Positions 23,315 to 36,716 of a DNA stretch of 64,000 nucleotides are shown piece after piece. The position numbers were made by a program, and so were the translations under genes. The stretch is from Phyllosticta citribraziliensis (Eukaryota): NCBI RefSeq assembly GCF_038025025.1, contig NW_027117339.1, positions 1,612,001 through 1,676,000 on the forward strand. Direction: 5' to 3'. Within the stretch, counting starts at the first letter, position 1. Each line of letters starts with the position of its first letter. The notes below the pieces were generated by a model. The model made no database searches. It was not told the origin of the DNA and saw only the letters and a list, made by a program, of their open reading frames with translations.

Positions 23315-26300
23315 TCACCTTCCAAACTCCAGACTCGGAACTATGACCGGTCCGTACTTCATCGGCGCGGAGTAGAGATTCTCGTTCTGCACCATGAAGT
23401 CGACCGCAATGCTCAACTTTCCCCCACCGTGGCCAGGCATGGCTTGGCCAAAGGTACCGTTGACGAGCTCAGGGTCGTAGGCTACACAGGCCACGTAGTT
23501 GCGTCGGCCCATGAGTCGCTTCATTTCGCGCGGTTGCCCGTTGACGTCTTGGGTGAAAATTTCCATCATTTCCTCCTTCGTGTCAGACGGGCTGTTCGTG
23601 GACCGATGGCCGTTTTGGGGCACGTAGAGAGGCCTGTTGTTGTGGAGCAGTCGGAGCACATATCCGGGAGGTGGGCTGTTCACGACGCTGGAAGTGATGA
23701 TTTGATACATGGTCTTGTGGTCTTGAAGACGAGATGGGTCGTGGACCAGACCAGCACCGCAACAGCTGACATCTGATATCTTATTAGTAATGAAGTGAGC
23801 ATGGAGAGAAACCTCACTGACCTCCTGAAATGAACGTCATTCGCAGAGACTTGTTATGTGCGATGCCTTGAAGAGTTCGGATCAAGTAGGTCCGCTCGAG
23901 ATCCTAAACGGCTGTCAGCTGCAGTTCAAAGATCAAGTGCATGGGAGACTTTACCTTGGACTCGTGCGTCCACTGATCTCTGAGCTCATCCAACATGTCA
24001 ATCTCTCCAAAAGGACTAAGAATGCCGCTCATTAACCCGGACTTGCCAACAGCTTTCTTGACCGAGTTGAAGCCCTCTCCCACCATACCCTTGGCCCCGA
24101 CAACGCCGGCCACAGAGCTGGTCACTTTTCCAAGCATGTTGAAGGTGCCCGTGACAGCCTTCTTGCCCGTTGTGATGGTATTCGCCAGAGACTCTACCGA
24201 CTCCAGACGCGGGTATATGACAGGCACCGGAATCATCCATATGCAGTGCTGCACGCTAGGCGGTAGCATTGCAACCTTTGGGAAAAGACCTTGGTACGTT
24301 GGTCCAGCCATCACCTGGTGCGGATTCCGCTCCGATCTGGTGTCTGGTCCAACGACCACCACTGCCGGGCCCAGGTACTTGACAAAGTGCCATCCAGTCC
24401 CAGTAACCGTAAACAAGTCCCGGTCGTCATTGACGTTGCGGAGAATCTCGAGAGTGGTGTGGTGCTGAAACAGCAGGTACATCTCGATGCCTATCCGACC
24501 AATGTTTTTGAACATGTTCGAAAATTGCATGTACTCAGGATATGATCCCCAGCCATCGAAAATGTCGTGGTCGTCCAATGTGAGGACGTGGGGGATTTGA
24601 GCAAATGCTTCCCTCAGATGTGGCTGGTCGAAATGGCTCGAGTAGTAGTGAAAGTAGGCGTGTGTGACCTCTTCCTCGTGCCGGGCCGTCCACGGAGTAT
24701 TCTTTCTGTTCTCTTTGCCGCTCATTGCCGTCCACTGTTTGAGCAAGGGAATTTCCTTCCAGATGCGATCCGCGTAGATTTGGTCTCCAAGACCTAGCTG
24801 GACATGGAAACCTCCGCATTCAATGTGCTTTTGGAGAATGTCTTTCCACATGTACCCGACACCGCCCAGTTTCTGGCGCTCGTTTGCTCCAACATTCAAG
24901 GCAAAGTCATTCCCAGAGTGTGCAATGAAGCGCCAGCTCGTCTCGTGTCGACCGGCTACGAGAAACTCATACCGAGTGCAGCCAAGGTGCGAAGTGACAG
25001 CATATGTCCATTTGGCAGCCTGCTCATCCTCCATCCTCAGGTCGATGTCGTACCTATAAAAGACCCAACGCTGGTGCTTGTAGATGGCGTTTGCCTTGAG
25101 CTGCCTCGGGTTCGGTGACAGATCCAGGCTCTGGTGAATATGGATTGTAGGAGGGTGCGGCGCGTCCGTGACCAAGAGAATAGATCCGAGCCATAAGCCA
25201 CGCTCGAGGTCCATGTTGGTGTATCTTAGATATGGGCCAAAGTACACTCCATTGGTAGGCTGGACCTTGTACACTTCTACGCCAGCTGCTGGCGGGGGAC
25301 CAGTGAATCCGACCGCTGTTGGACTTGACAATCCTGCCATTCCAGGCATACCCTCATGGTACATCGCTTGCTGCGGAGGGAATCCAGGGGAAGCCATGGG
25401 CTTGCCTGCAAATGTCCCCACTCCAGGAGATCCGAGTGGATTGACTATCGTTCCAGTCGGAGACATGGGCTCACTCAGGTTGAGCGGTGTAGGACCCTTT
25501 GGAAATTCCCACTGAGTAGACTGTGACGGCAAATGAATGTAGTAGTATTGCCCAGAGTTGGGATCAAGGTGCGCAATCCAGCCTTCAGGGAGCGGTGGTG
25601 GAGAAGCCGGACCTGGCCCTGGGCCAGGAGAAGATGTTAGCTGTGGATGGATTTGGAGAGGCGCGAGACCACTGGGTCCGGGCTGGGCCTGCTGTGGGTG
25701 CTGTCCTTGCAGATCCTGTTGGTGAGGATCATTGGCAAAGGCTGGATGACCTTGGAGATGAGGATCCGACATGACTCCTGGACTGGCTGTGACGTTTGGC
25801 GCTGGCGAACCATTGGAGCCTGCATGCTTCTCATTGCCGTAACCTTGAGGAGCCTGCTGCTGAACACTGGAGTAGGATGGAGGAGGCTCTTCACCCATGT
25901 TCATCCGCTGAAAGTCGTGCTCAAGCGTATGTTCTACGTTTGGCCTGTTCTGCGACGCACCTGCCTGTGTTGGTGGGCTCTGCACTACATGTGCCTGGGG
26001 CACAGGCGATCCTGTCGTGGGATAGATTTCAGATAAACCTTGGTATACTGCTGGAGGGCCATGCGGTTGAGTGCCTGGCTGCTCGGTGGGTGTCCACGGT
26101 CTGGCTGGCTGCTGCTGCGGTTGGCCCGGAGAACTGACCCGATGAGGCTGGCCAGCGTACGGATTCGCACGTTGTGCTGCCGCAGAACCCTGTCCTTGGA
26201 TATTGTTCAGGGTTGACGCACCAGCTATGCCTGCCGCGGCGTAGCGCGCCTCTATTCCACCGCCAGGGGTCTGCTCGATTAAAGGCGTCTCTGGGGGCGG

Positions 26301-27104
26301 GGGAGAACCTCTCTGGGCTCTTGTAGTCGAAGTCGATGCCGTCGAACTGAGGCGATTTACGCCAGAAGGATTCGATATTCTAAGGGTCTGGTTTTGTGTC
26401 GTTTGCGGTGGCGAGCCCGCTTGAGGAGGCGGCCAGTATTGTTGATGGTAGTCGGGATAAGGGTTTGAATCAGCATTTGCCGGACGTTGGTTCGGGTTTT
26501 GAAGTGGAGGAGGCGGTCCAGAGTAAAGATCCTCTTTATCTGGAGTCTCGGGACCTGGCGACTCTGGAAGTGGCTTCGGAGTGCCCTGGCGCCTGGGCTT
26601 GTCGCCAGGTCTTGTTTGCGCGCTGCTTCCACGTCCATCGTCTGCAGAGTGGCCAGAGTATCCGTAGCCTGCGATGGTTGGCTTGTGTGGGTCATTCGCG
26701 TCGAATCGAGTTCTGTTTGAGCTAGAACTTCCCGCAGAAGGCCTTCGATAGGCATCTTGCTGGGGAGTGTTGTTTCGAGATGGCCTGTCACGTTCGGTCC
26801 CAGGAGTCCCGGTCCGCACGCGGCGCCCTGGGCCAGGTGAAGGTGGCTGAAAGGGCGGCTTGTCAGTGTCAGGATATGGAAGAGGTCCCGTAGGCGGGCT
26901 CGAAGTCGGAGGAGGGTAGTTTGGAACTGGCGGCGGCTGCGCAAAGCCTTGCTCCAGACTGCTGGCCGAAGCAACGCGCGGAGGAGGCGACGCAGAAGCT
27001 CTCTTGTGTATTCTCAGCGGGCCAACAGTTGGGCTGTCTGCTCCTTGACCGGGCTGGCCCAGGAACAGCTCTTCAGGACGACCATGGCGCCTCGGAGGGT
27101 CCAT
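23315..27104 (-). CDS. WW-domain + PhoD-like (alkaline phosphatase D fold) protein, 3 exons
   Basis: Long Pro-rich N-terminus. WW domain PLPEGWIAHLDPNSGQYYYIHLPSQSTQWEFP. PhoD motifs GDQIYAD and LDDHDIFDGWG. Introns 23954-23904 and 23821-23773 link to the 23315..23710 ORF. Confidence 0.88.
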
Positions 27105-27809
27105 GGCTGAAGACGGCGGGCGAGGACTGGGATCCGAGGTGAAGCGCATGCAATGTAGTCGGGGTGAGGCAGCGAGTGTGAAGTAGGCCAGCGGCGGCTT
27201 CGTGCAGCAGTGGCAGAGGTTCGGTGTCACTGGCGTTGTCAAGGCGGGATGGTGGGTGAGTGTACAGAGAGGCAGGGCAGATGGCAGGGGAGGAGAGGGT
27301 TTTCAGCTGGAGGGTGGAAGATATGGTGTCAGCGCGCGTCGGACTGCTTTGCGGCTCCCCCGTGTGATAGGTGAGAGGGCATACGCGCCCAAACCTGGCT
27401 GCCAGTGAGGTGGGTGGTCTGCTGGAGAGTGGCATGCCCGCAGCTGTAAGCGCGCGCGGGGAAGCTCCGCCAGTGCGCTCCACGTTTGATTGGCCAACAT
27501 CACCTGCGGCCCTGCCCGTGGCCCATCGACCCACCCTCCTACACCGACGCCGACGCGACGCCATCGCCTTCACCTGCATCGAGCGGCCTTACGTGTCTCT
27601 TTTCCAGCCATTCTCTGTTATCTGCTTGACTAGACACTTTGTATTCCAACATGCCATTGTCATGTCCCTTCTTGAATGCCCAACGAACCACCCACCAACC
27701 CGAAAGACTCCGCCAAATCCAAATGCGACGGCTATGCTGATCCAATGCTTGCAATTCAAAAACCTAGCCCTTGCGAGCCAGCGCCTCCTGCGAACGTCTC
27801 CCTCCCTCC

Positions 27810-29968
27810 TCACCGTCCGAATCGCGCGCTCAAGCCGGCAAAAGCGTCGGGGCTTTGCCTACCGCCCATCATCCCCGAAAAGTCAACGCTCTCTTGGCTG
27901 ACATGTCGTGTTCCTCCGACTGGGCCTGGAGCTTGTGGCCCTACGCTTTGCGCAAAGGGATTGTGACTGCCGGCCTGTGCAGCTCCTACCTCTGGCCCGC
28001 CACTCGTCATAACGGGCATTGTCGCGCTGCGCCTGGCTTGTCCATTCGGCATTCCACCATCGCCCGGCATCATCGCTGCTGGTGGCGCGGGTGCCAGCTG
28101 AGGTTGGCCGTACAAGGCCAAAATTGAGCTCTTGTCTCGCCGGACAGGAAATTGCGCTTGAGGTTGGTACGGGTTTTGCGGGACCTGATACTGCTGATAT
28201 GCGGGTTGCGGGGTTGAAAAGTCGGCTTGCTGTTGATACATCTGTCCCGCGTTGGGATTATATCCTTGAGGCTGCTGTGATGCTCCCATTGACATCATCT
28301 GCTGTTGCTGTTGCTGCTGTGGGAAATTCGTCTGCGGCGAAAATTGTTGCGGCTGCTGAGTCGGCTGACCAAACGGTGCTAGATTATTCGGTTGTCCATT
28401 GAACGGATTGTTCGGTGGTGCGGCAGACACGTTCAAAAAAGGGTTTGCTCCATGACCCTGCGAAGAGGGTGTGCCGTTCGTCTGGACGTAGGGAGACGTG
28501 CTCTGTTGTGGCACCGCATACTGCGAAGGGATTTGCGGTACAGGTGGAGGAGTAAAGGTTTGGAGAAAAGGGTTGTAGCTCTGTTGTTGATTTTGAGATC
28601 CATGTCCACCCGTGTGGTTTGGGAACAGCTGCGGCGGTTGCGCCTGAGCTTGTCCGAGACCCATGTTTTGGAATGGCTGCTCCAGTGAGGAATGAGCCGA
28701 TTGCGGTGGCCGGGTCGCTGGAAGGAAGGGATTGTAGGAATTCGGCGCGGACGCGTATGATGCTTGGGAGACGCCGGTGGCTTGAGTCTGCAGCGGCGCC
28801 AAATGTTGTGACGATGGCGGCACCATATCCAGCCGGTCAAACGGATTGGAGGATTGTGTCGTGGAAGGTCTCGTGCGCCCGATTGAGAGGCCATTGACAT
28901 TGTCACTTTGTGTGGATGCTGGCGTCTGTACTCCAGAGGGGCTCCTGGCCCCTTCCCCGAGTCTAATGAGAGTTTCAACAGACTTCTCCACGTTCCCGTT
29001 GAGACCTTTGAGTACGGTGGCGTTGCGCCTTTCATCCGGGAAGCCCATGTCTCTCAGAGCTGAAAGCTTGGCCTCGAAGCTGTCTGCCGACGCACTTCCA
29101 ATGTTGTGCCCAAAAACCCTGGACGCCTTGTTCACTCTTGGTGGTGAAGAGTTGTTGAAGTGGAGACCAGGTGATCGAGGAGGACTAACGGGGTCGGATC
29201 TGCTCGTGGGGAATGTCGACGACGAGGCTCGGAGACCAAAACCAAACCGATTCCCTGGCTTTGGGGGTAACGGCGGCGGACGGTCTTCAATAGAGCTCGT
29301 GCTACCAGTGTTCTGCCGCGTTGTTGGCCGCGACTCTCCTAACGACTTGTGTTCGTACTTTTGGCGAAGGAATCGCTCCATTGCACCATCGACTTCGTCT
29401 ACATCAATCGGTATGTTTGGCTTGACGTTTCCGGGATTGTACAACAGATTCGATGCCACATTGCCGGTGCGCTTCATGCTCTGCAAGATGTTACAACCCG
29501 CCCGAGTCGTGACACGGAGAGGAAACATACCTCGACTTGGTCGTTACTCCAACTATCCATACTCAATGATTTCACCTTGGAGATGTGCGTGCCGAGCTTG
29601 CGATGCAGCGTGGCGCACCGCATGCAGAGAAAGATCCCCAGCTGCGGCCGCGAGACAGTTGTCAGCCATTGTGATCGAGTTTATACGGTCGTACGAGTAT
29701 GGGTTGGAGATTGGCGTCGGCAAGTAAACAAGTTTTGGGCTGGGGAGAATGGCGGAAGATGAGGGCATGTTGGATTGAGCTTACACTCCAGCTTGCCCAC
29801 CCTGGACCGAATTAGCTTCGATGATATGCTTGGATTGGTGCCGGGGAGCAAACCTGGATTGCGGGCGCCGCAGTCGGCGCACCTATCATTGCCTGGTATG
29901 GACTTGATGAGGTCTTGCAGGGCGCGCTCATTGCGAGCCTGCTGGCGCTTATTGAGGGCCGAGGTCAT
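27810..29968 (-). CDS. ArfGAP zinc-finger + UBA domain protein with NPF motifs (Gts1/Ucp3-like), 4 exons
   Basis: CADCGARNPG|WASWS|LGIFLCMRCATLHRKLGTHISKVKSLSMDSW. UBA domain LRDMGFPDERRN..NGNVEKSVETL. Several NPF motifs. Introns 29853-29802, 29784-29642, 29530-29481. Confidence 0.92.
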
Positions 29969-32900
29969 GGTGGTGAGAAGGTGGTTCCGGTTGGGCGGGC
30001 AGATCGGTAGAGACGCGAAGGAGACGAGGATGTGGGCCCAAGGTTGCTTTCAACAGTCGTCAGGTAACGCAGCAGCCGGAGACAGACGTCGCCAGCGCGC
30101 ACATAGCGAAGAGGCAGGGTGGGGATGGTGGAGGAGGCCTTTTGGGCAGAGCAGCTCGTATGTAGCGTAGAAGGCGAGCCCGGCCGTGGCGGCGCTCCCC
30201 ATAGCATGGTCGGCGCGAGAAGACATGGCCGCAGACAATATCAGGGGCTGGTTCCAGCACGAGCTATGCCATAGACCCCGCGCGCCATATATAAAGCGCC
30301 ATGAGCCGCCCCTTGGTTACCATTAAACACCCCTTTGCATGCGGGTCCAGCGTTCCCCGCCATGGCTACCGACGTCGAGCTGGGCGTGTCTCTACCTAGC
30401 ACTGTGCTCCCAGCCAGCACGAGCAAGCAGCATAACTACCTCATGGTCTACTCCTACAGGAGACGATGGACTAAGCCTGGACTAGCGGTTTCGCGTGAAT
30501 CCGCATATCCCTATATTTGGCTTGCAGGCCAACTGCGTGATTGCCATTGCGAACCCATCGCAGCCAAGAGAACCTACACAACCTCTTTCTCTGGTACCCC
30601 AATATGACCGACTCAGCCCAGAGCATCAGAGGCAGGCGGTTGATTATGAGTACGTCGCCTTTTCAGGCGTGTGAATGTGTTGGAGGGAAAGAAAGGGGCG
30701 GCTGCGAGAGCGCCGGCAGCTTTTTCGCCGACGGCTTACTCAGCAGCTCCTTAAGCGGAGGTGCGTGCTGTGGCTTGGCAGACCCCACAGTGAAAAACGT
30801 TCTCTTATAAAAAGAGCGGCCGCCCTCCTCCTATCCCACCTCTGCCCCGTCACTCTCTTTGCACCGAAGGCTCTTCAGCACTACGTCCACGTTTGCAACC
30901 CCTCGTTCTACGATGTCCGAAGATGACCGTCCGATTCTGCCGCAATGAAAGGCTGTCACGAGACGCGAATTGAACCATCTGAGACGAGTGAGACGATGCT
31001 TCCACCTCCAACCTGCACCTTGAACACCACGATTTGCCTGCACCTTGGTCTTTCTCTGACCTTGAATGCACACTTTTAATCAGTGGAAGAGAAAAATGGC
31101 TTCTAGCAGGGCCAGTCTACTCCACTCCACTATTCTCGAATCTATGGTCTAGTGGCACTAATCACAAGACAAACATCTCTATGTGGGACCCGAGGCTTCA
31201 TTATGAATGTACTGGTCCTCAGTTTCATTTCTCTCAGAATCAAGAATTTTCCGGGCGATTTTGTGGTAACCTCATATTCAGTCGACGTCTTTCATTTGGC
31301 ATCAAGAATCTGCAATAGTCTGAAAAGTGGAGTGCTTCGTCACCAATACTATCATTACATTGAACTATTTCTTTGGGCAAAGCTCAAACCAATTGTGTTT
31401 TGCTTTCACTTCGGTCTTCAGTCTACTCTCTGCTTTCAATAGATTACGTTTTCCGCTTGTTGCCCAGCCATTCACACAGCTGGCTTGCTTGCTTCGTGCG
31501 TCAACAACCACCCATTCCCGTTTCGATACTCCTACAGTCTACAATCGGTTCATCGCACACAATTGAGAAGTACGTCTTTCCGAGGACATCAAACCTAGAT
31601 TTGTTGATGGGCTGGTGCTGGATCTCATTTAAATGACCTCGGAAAGCCTACGAATGCCGCTCCAGACCAAGGAGACGGGCCATGGACCCATGAGTTATTG
31701 TGGCCGTAGCCTTTCCGTTGCAAGAGATGCACTGTACTCTCTAGGTGGTCGTCGTTGTCGATTTGCTGTCCTACTTTTTCGTCCCCGTATCATTTTTCTG
31801 CCGTCAAGGTGCGTTAGTATGTTGCTACTACCATGGACGAGCTGGCAGGGCGACTACTTCAAATAGTTGCAGCTTATGAATCCACCCAGTCTAAGCATCA
31901 AGACCAAAGGTGAGCTCATCTCTGGCCACAATCTACGTCCGCCTGCAGACCGCGCTCGACGCTTCGCCGCTATCTTGGGCCTACGCTTTGCTCAAAGACA
32001 AAACCGCAACGCCGTCTCGCATCTCCCCTCGACTTTTTGAGTGACGCAACCAAAAGTCTACTGAAAGAATTGGTATATACCGCCCACCGAAACTCAATTT
32101 TCGACCACTACGAAACTCTCAAACCCAAACCTCCAGGGCAAGCCTTCCAAGGAAAGAAAAAACATACCCACCCGTTCGCGAGTACATTGACAACGCCCGC
32201 TTGCTCTCACCTCTCAGTCAAGCACTTCGAATCCTAGATGCCCATTGGCGCACGTATTTTCTTGGCCAAGTTTCGCACGTCGGGGTGTCTCCTGCAGGTT
32301 CGTCCATTGCAGTCCAACGCTTGCCAGCTTCGGTAGTGTGTCTCGGCAAGGCGGTACGGCGACCAACATCTATCTGGTGATCATGCCATTGGAGCACTCC
32401 GGATCTGAAACGAGGCAAGCATCCACCAAACAAGATTCAATGGCACGATGGTTGTCTCCGAGCTCGTCGTCGACTTCGACGGACAAGGGACAAGCGATCG
32501 GCTAAGTGATGCTTAACGACTCGTCAAGTGACCTCGAGTCCGTGCATCAGACCCCCAACCTACTGCCTTCATGATTTACGCCTCCGCTAGGAATACCACC
32601 CACGAATCGAGGGTTGTGTTTGTCTTTGAACGAGGACTTATCGTAATGATGGCGTAAGGTCCTTGGTCCTTCCCATTTTCGTTGGCGCCGAGAGCAATAA
32701 TGAGGCCAAATCGAGCCCGTCATCGGTTGTGACGCGCCACGGTACGCTACCCTTCACTTCTCTATTTCTATTTACAGGGTAGCTCTCCTGATTCAATGTT
32801 TTATTCCTGAGCTTGGTTCTGACCGAGAGCCGTGATCAAGGACCGAGTGATGCGAAATGAAGGCGCAGAGGGTGACCCACGATGACAGCGAAGGCAAGAC

Positions 32901-34247
32901 AAGGTAGTCGAGTTCCGCAGCTCTCATTGCCCCATGGATGGCAACCAGAATTCTAATCCGACGAATAGTACAGTTCCGATTCCTCTTGCCCAGCACGCAA
33001 ACGTCCACTAAGAACACTTGCCTTGTTGCAAAATGTGACAGGACAAGGTGCACCCAGTTTGCTCCGCGTAATGCCACCTCGCACCCTGTTGTTGGTCCAC
33101 CCAGTCGCCTCCTGGAAGGAGAGTGGAGCGGCAGGTCCCAGCTGTAACGAGCTGTGTGTCGCTCACTTGCTCTTCCTTTTGTCGTTTATCACCGCCAGTG
33201 CGCGAATCACAGCCTTGTAGTTCCGACTTTGAGAGGGGCGAGGGACAGAACTGGCTAGTATGGTGAGGTCTGCCCCTCCACTCGATGTTGACCTGACCGG
33301 GTCCGATCATGGGGAGAGTCCCGTCATCTCAAGTAGCGCCGCCCACAAGCTGCAGTCACTAGCTCCTGCTGGGAACACTTCCGCGAAACCGCCTGCTTCC
33401 TACTGGCTACAAAGACATCCGACCGGCCTTCAGTCTGTGTGGAACTGGCCACTTGCCCCTTATGGCACGGAGATGGGCCATTTGCCCTTGATTTACATAC
33501 GATAGCTCACCAGATATGCCCACCCTAGACTCAGTTGATCGTCTGTGGCGGCTGTCTCATCCTCATCCGCGCGTCTACCGGTCAGAGAGTTAAATGAATT
33601 CTTTTCTTCTTCTCAAACAGTGTGTTGAACGGGGACCCGGCGGATTGTGTGGTCACGACCCAACGTCAACATGGCCACTGGTTCCAGAGACAGCTATGGT
33701 AGGGAGAGTTGAGGTGAGCCCCGATCTCTCGTGTCGAGAATCCCCTCGTCACATACGCCGTGTCATGTACTAATTTGCTTTGCAGTCGCTGTCAAAGCCG
33801 CCGAGCAGGATTTCTTTTTGAAGGCAAAGCGATTGGCAGGTGTCATCCCTGAGCTTCGGTTGGACTTTTTCACTGACGGCAGTCAGGTCGCAACCGCGCA
33901 CCCCTAACTGCCTTTGCGATTGGACGGGATGAGCAAAGCCACGTCTTGCTTGTTTTTCATCCGGAGCCATTGCGATGAAGCACCATGGGGGGACTTGGAC
34001 GGTGGTCAGTTCGATTCTTGTTGCCCCTGAATCTTGGCTCTGGAGAAGTTTCGCACGATGGCGAAGCCCCTAGCTCATTGGAACCTGTAAATCATTGCTT
34101 TCTTTCAGGTTGACTGACCTATAAAAGCTGCTTGTGAGTATGTCCATCTCTCTTTACCAAAGTTATCATCAGCAACTTGGCTTCCAAGACGAATACCTTC
34201 TCTCAGACCTCGCCAAATCTTGTCTTTCTTCCCTCCGTTTACTCAAG

Positions 34248-34615
34248 ATGGCCAAACGTCAAGCCGACCGCACAGAAAAGGAAAAAGAGCGCAAGCGAGA
34301 GCAGTACAGAAGACAACAGCAAGCCTCCAGTAAGTGAAGAATATGAGACTGCATGGACGTCGATGCTAACATGGTAAACCAGGGAAAAGGAAGAACGAAA
34401 AGAAGAAAGCGGCTGAGAGAGAAAGGAACAACAGAAGATACGCATACACTGCGTACCTCCCCCCGAATGTAAATGAACTGGGGTCGGACGACGGCTTGGT
34501 CTTCCCAAGTCGCAACCGCCTGATCGACCTCGTTGCTTACGACGAGGAAATGGAGGCCTTCCTCGCCAACGCTCTTGCTCTGATGGACATGGGCAATGAT
34601 GGATATACTCATTAA
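34248..34615 (+). CDS. Small orphan protein (104 aa) with a bZIP-basic-region-like N-terminus, 2 exons
   Basis: TATAAAAG at about 34120, ATG at 34248, intron 34330-34382 (GTAAGT..GCTAAC..CAG). Spliced product: MAKRQADRTEKEKERKREQYRRQQQASRKRKNEKKKAAERERNNRRYAYT..MGNDGYTH*. Confidence 0.6.
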
Positions 34616-36716
34616 GTGTTGTAGTAAGTAAGGCGACCAAGTCCAATAATCGAAATCCAAACTTACTCTGCGTTTTCAGCCCCGGCCGCATCACCCCAAC
34701 CTCTTCCGTCCCATTCATGCCCATTGGATCGACTTGGCATGCTTTGAGAAACGTCACGGCGTTGCGGAATGTGTTTCGGTCGAAGAAGAGCACGAGGTAT
34801 TTGTGGCCAGTGACCGTGAGCATTTTCCCTTGCTCGAACACTCGCTCAACTTTCCACTCCCTTTTTCATTTTTATATCTATATCTTTACTTTCACATGTT
34901 TACTTCCATATACCTAGCCTTCTTCACTGTAACATTAGCCCTAGTTTCAAATCACTAAACACTCTTCATCCCAGCTACCGTCATTGATGCTTTCCTTATT
35001 GCATTAACCCCAGGTGGCTTTAACGTTTGAACCAGCATTTTTCGGAAGTTTAGATAAACAACCACCCCTGTCCTGGTCATGTCCCCCACTGTTAGCGGAA
35101 TCGATTGCAGATCCACTGCACAGGGTTAGCATCTGGCAGCTGAAGAAATCCAGGAGATCCTCTCTGCGCATGGGTGGGTCATGGGATTGTGGGCGAATGC
35201 CAACTTTTTGAAACTCATCTTACCAAGTCGAGGAAATAGCCTCAGTCCTCATCTACCCGTGGATGATCTATCACAAATACCGAACTCCTCTCCAACACAC
35301 CGACACGAACAACTACCGTTGCATTTGGAAGCTCGCACTGCCCGGCAGCCAAGAAGACAATCGGGCTGGCAAAGTTTGTTTCCCCTGCTGTTAATTTCGC
35401 GTTGTCTTCTTCATCACCTACTTTTTTCAATGCTTTCTTCTTTCCATCGCACGTATTACCAGTGGTTGACTCTTCTGATTTCTGCAGCTGCTGCAATCCA
35501 GGGATGTTCATGCGCGCTTTGGTTTGATCGCCGAAGCGGTGGTCGGGAACAACATCTGACCTGTGCATTTGACAGGAGAGCGACCTATGGGAGCTTGATC
35601 AGGCTCCGTGCCCAGCAGTCCTTTGTCACTGCATTATTTTCACTTTCTCACAAAAGCAACCCTGTTTGCACCCACATCGTCATGCCTATCCTCCGTGCAG
35701 GATATTCACGGACATCCCCGCCTCCCACCCTGCCACCTTAAAATTGAAAGATGAGGGACGAAGAATGAAAAGAAAAGGAGAAGAAGGAAAAAAAGAGGGC
35801 GAGGAAGAAAGGCAGAGCCCGTAGTTTCCACGCACGAGCTCGCGTCAGCCAATCGGATCACAGGGCGATCGCCGCCGGGACGTGCTCGGGCACACCACTA
35901 CAGGCCCACCACCAACCATTGCCCATCTAACCCTGCATCGCCATGTTTCCAAATGTCCATCAAGCAGGAAAATCAACCATGTCAATGCGCCAACCAGCGC
36001 GGCGAAAGCACAACCGCCTCTCAAGTCGTTGAGCGCTGACAGCGCGGCGCGAAGACCCGCCCAGAAATTCAGCCTCGCGCAATTACCGAGACCGCCCGTC
36101 AGGTCTCTACGCCGCAGCTGTATCTACCACGAGGCAAGTCGCCAGGACCGGCAGCACAAGGTCGAGTAAGCAGACGCAAGAGACCAGGGCAGAGCATACG
36201 CGAGAGATGCGAGGTTCTCGCCTACCCTATGGCGTCACGTATCGCAGCGAGCGAGCGGCGGGCCCCCCTCCGCATCGACGAAGACGCCGCAAGACGAGCA
36301 TGCGGCTCAAAATCTTGCAGCAGCCAGCGACTGAGCTGCGCATCCCATGACTCAACGGCGCACCATTGCACGTCCAAACCCCCACCCCCTTTCGCGGTGT
36401 GGGTACAATAGAAAGGCAGCAATGCCGAAAGGGACAGGCGGCGGCGGCCTCTGCGGCCTCTCTTTCGTTCAATGCCGCAGCGCAGACGCTGCACCTCCAC
36501 GCCTCCGCGCAGTCAAGCGCGATCAAGCGCCGCTTGGTGGCTGAACTGCATACTCCAACCATCTGGAGTCTTCTTTGGCGGCCGCTGCGGCGAGGAAAAC
36601 GAGCAAGTATTGATAAATATTTCGCCGCAGGCTGCTGCTGTTGCGCTGGGCACACCACATGGCATCTTCCAATTCCTCCTCTGCCTGGTCGTTGTCTTGA
36701 TTGAGATTGCGCCACC

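Noticed and set aside
33960..34030. GTTCGATTC as a tRNA T-loop
   Set aside because: The flanks do not form a T-stem, acceptor stem or cloverleaf.
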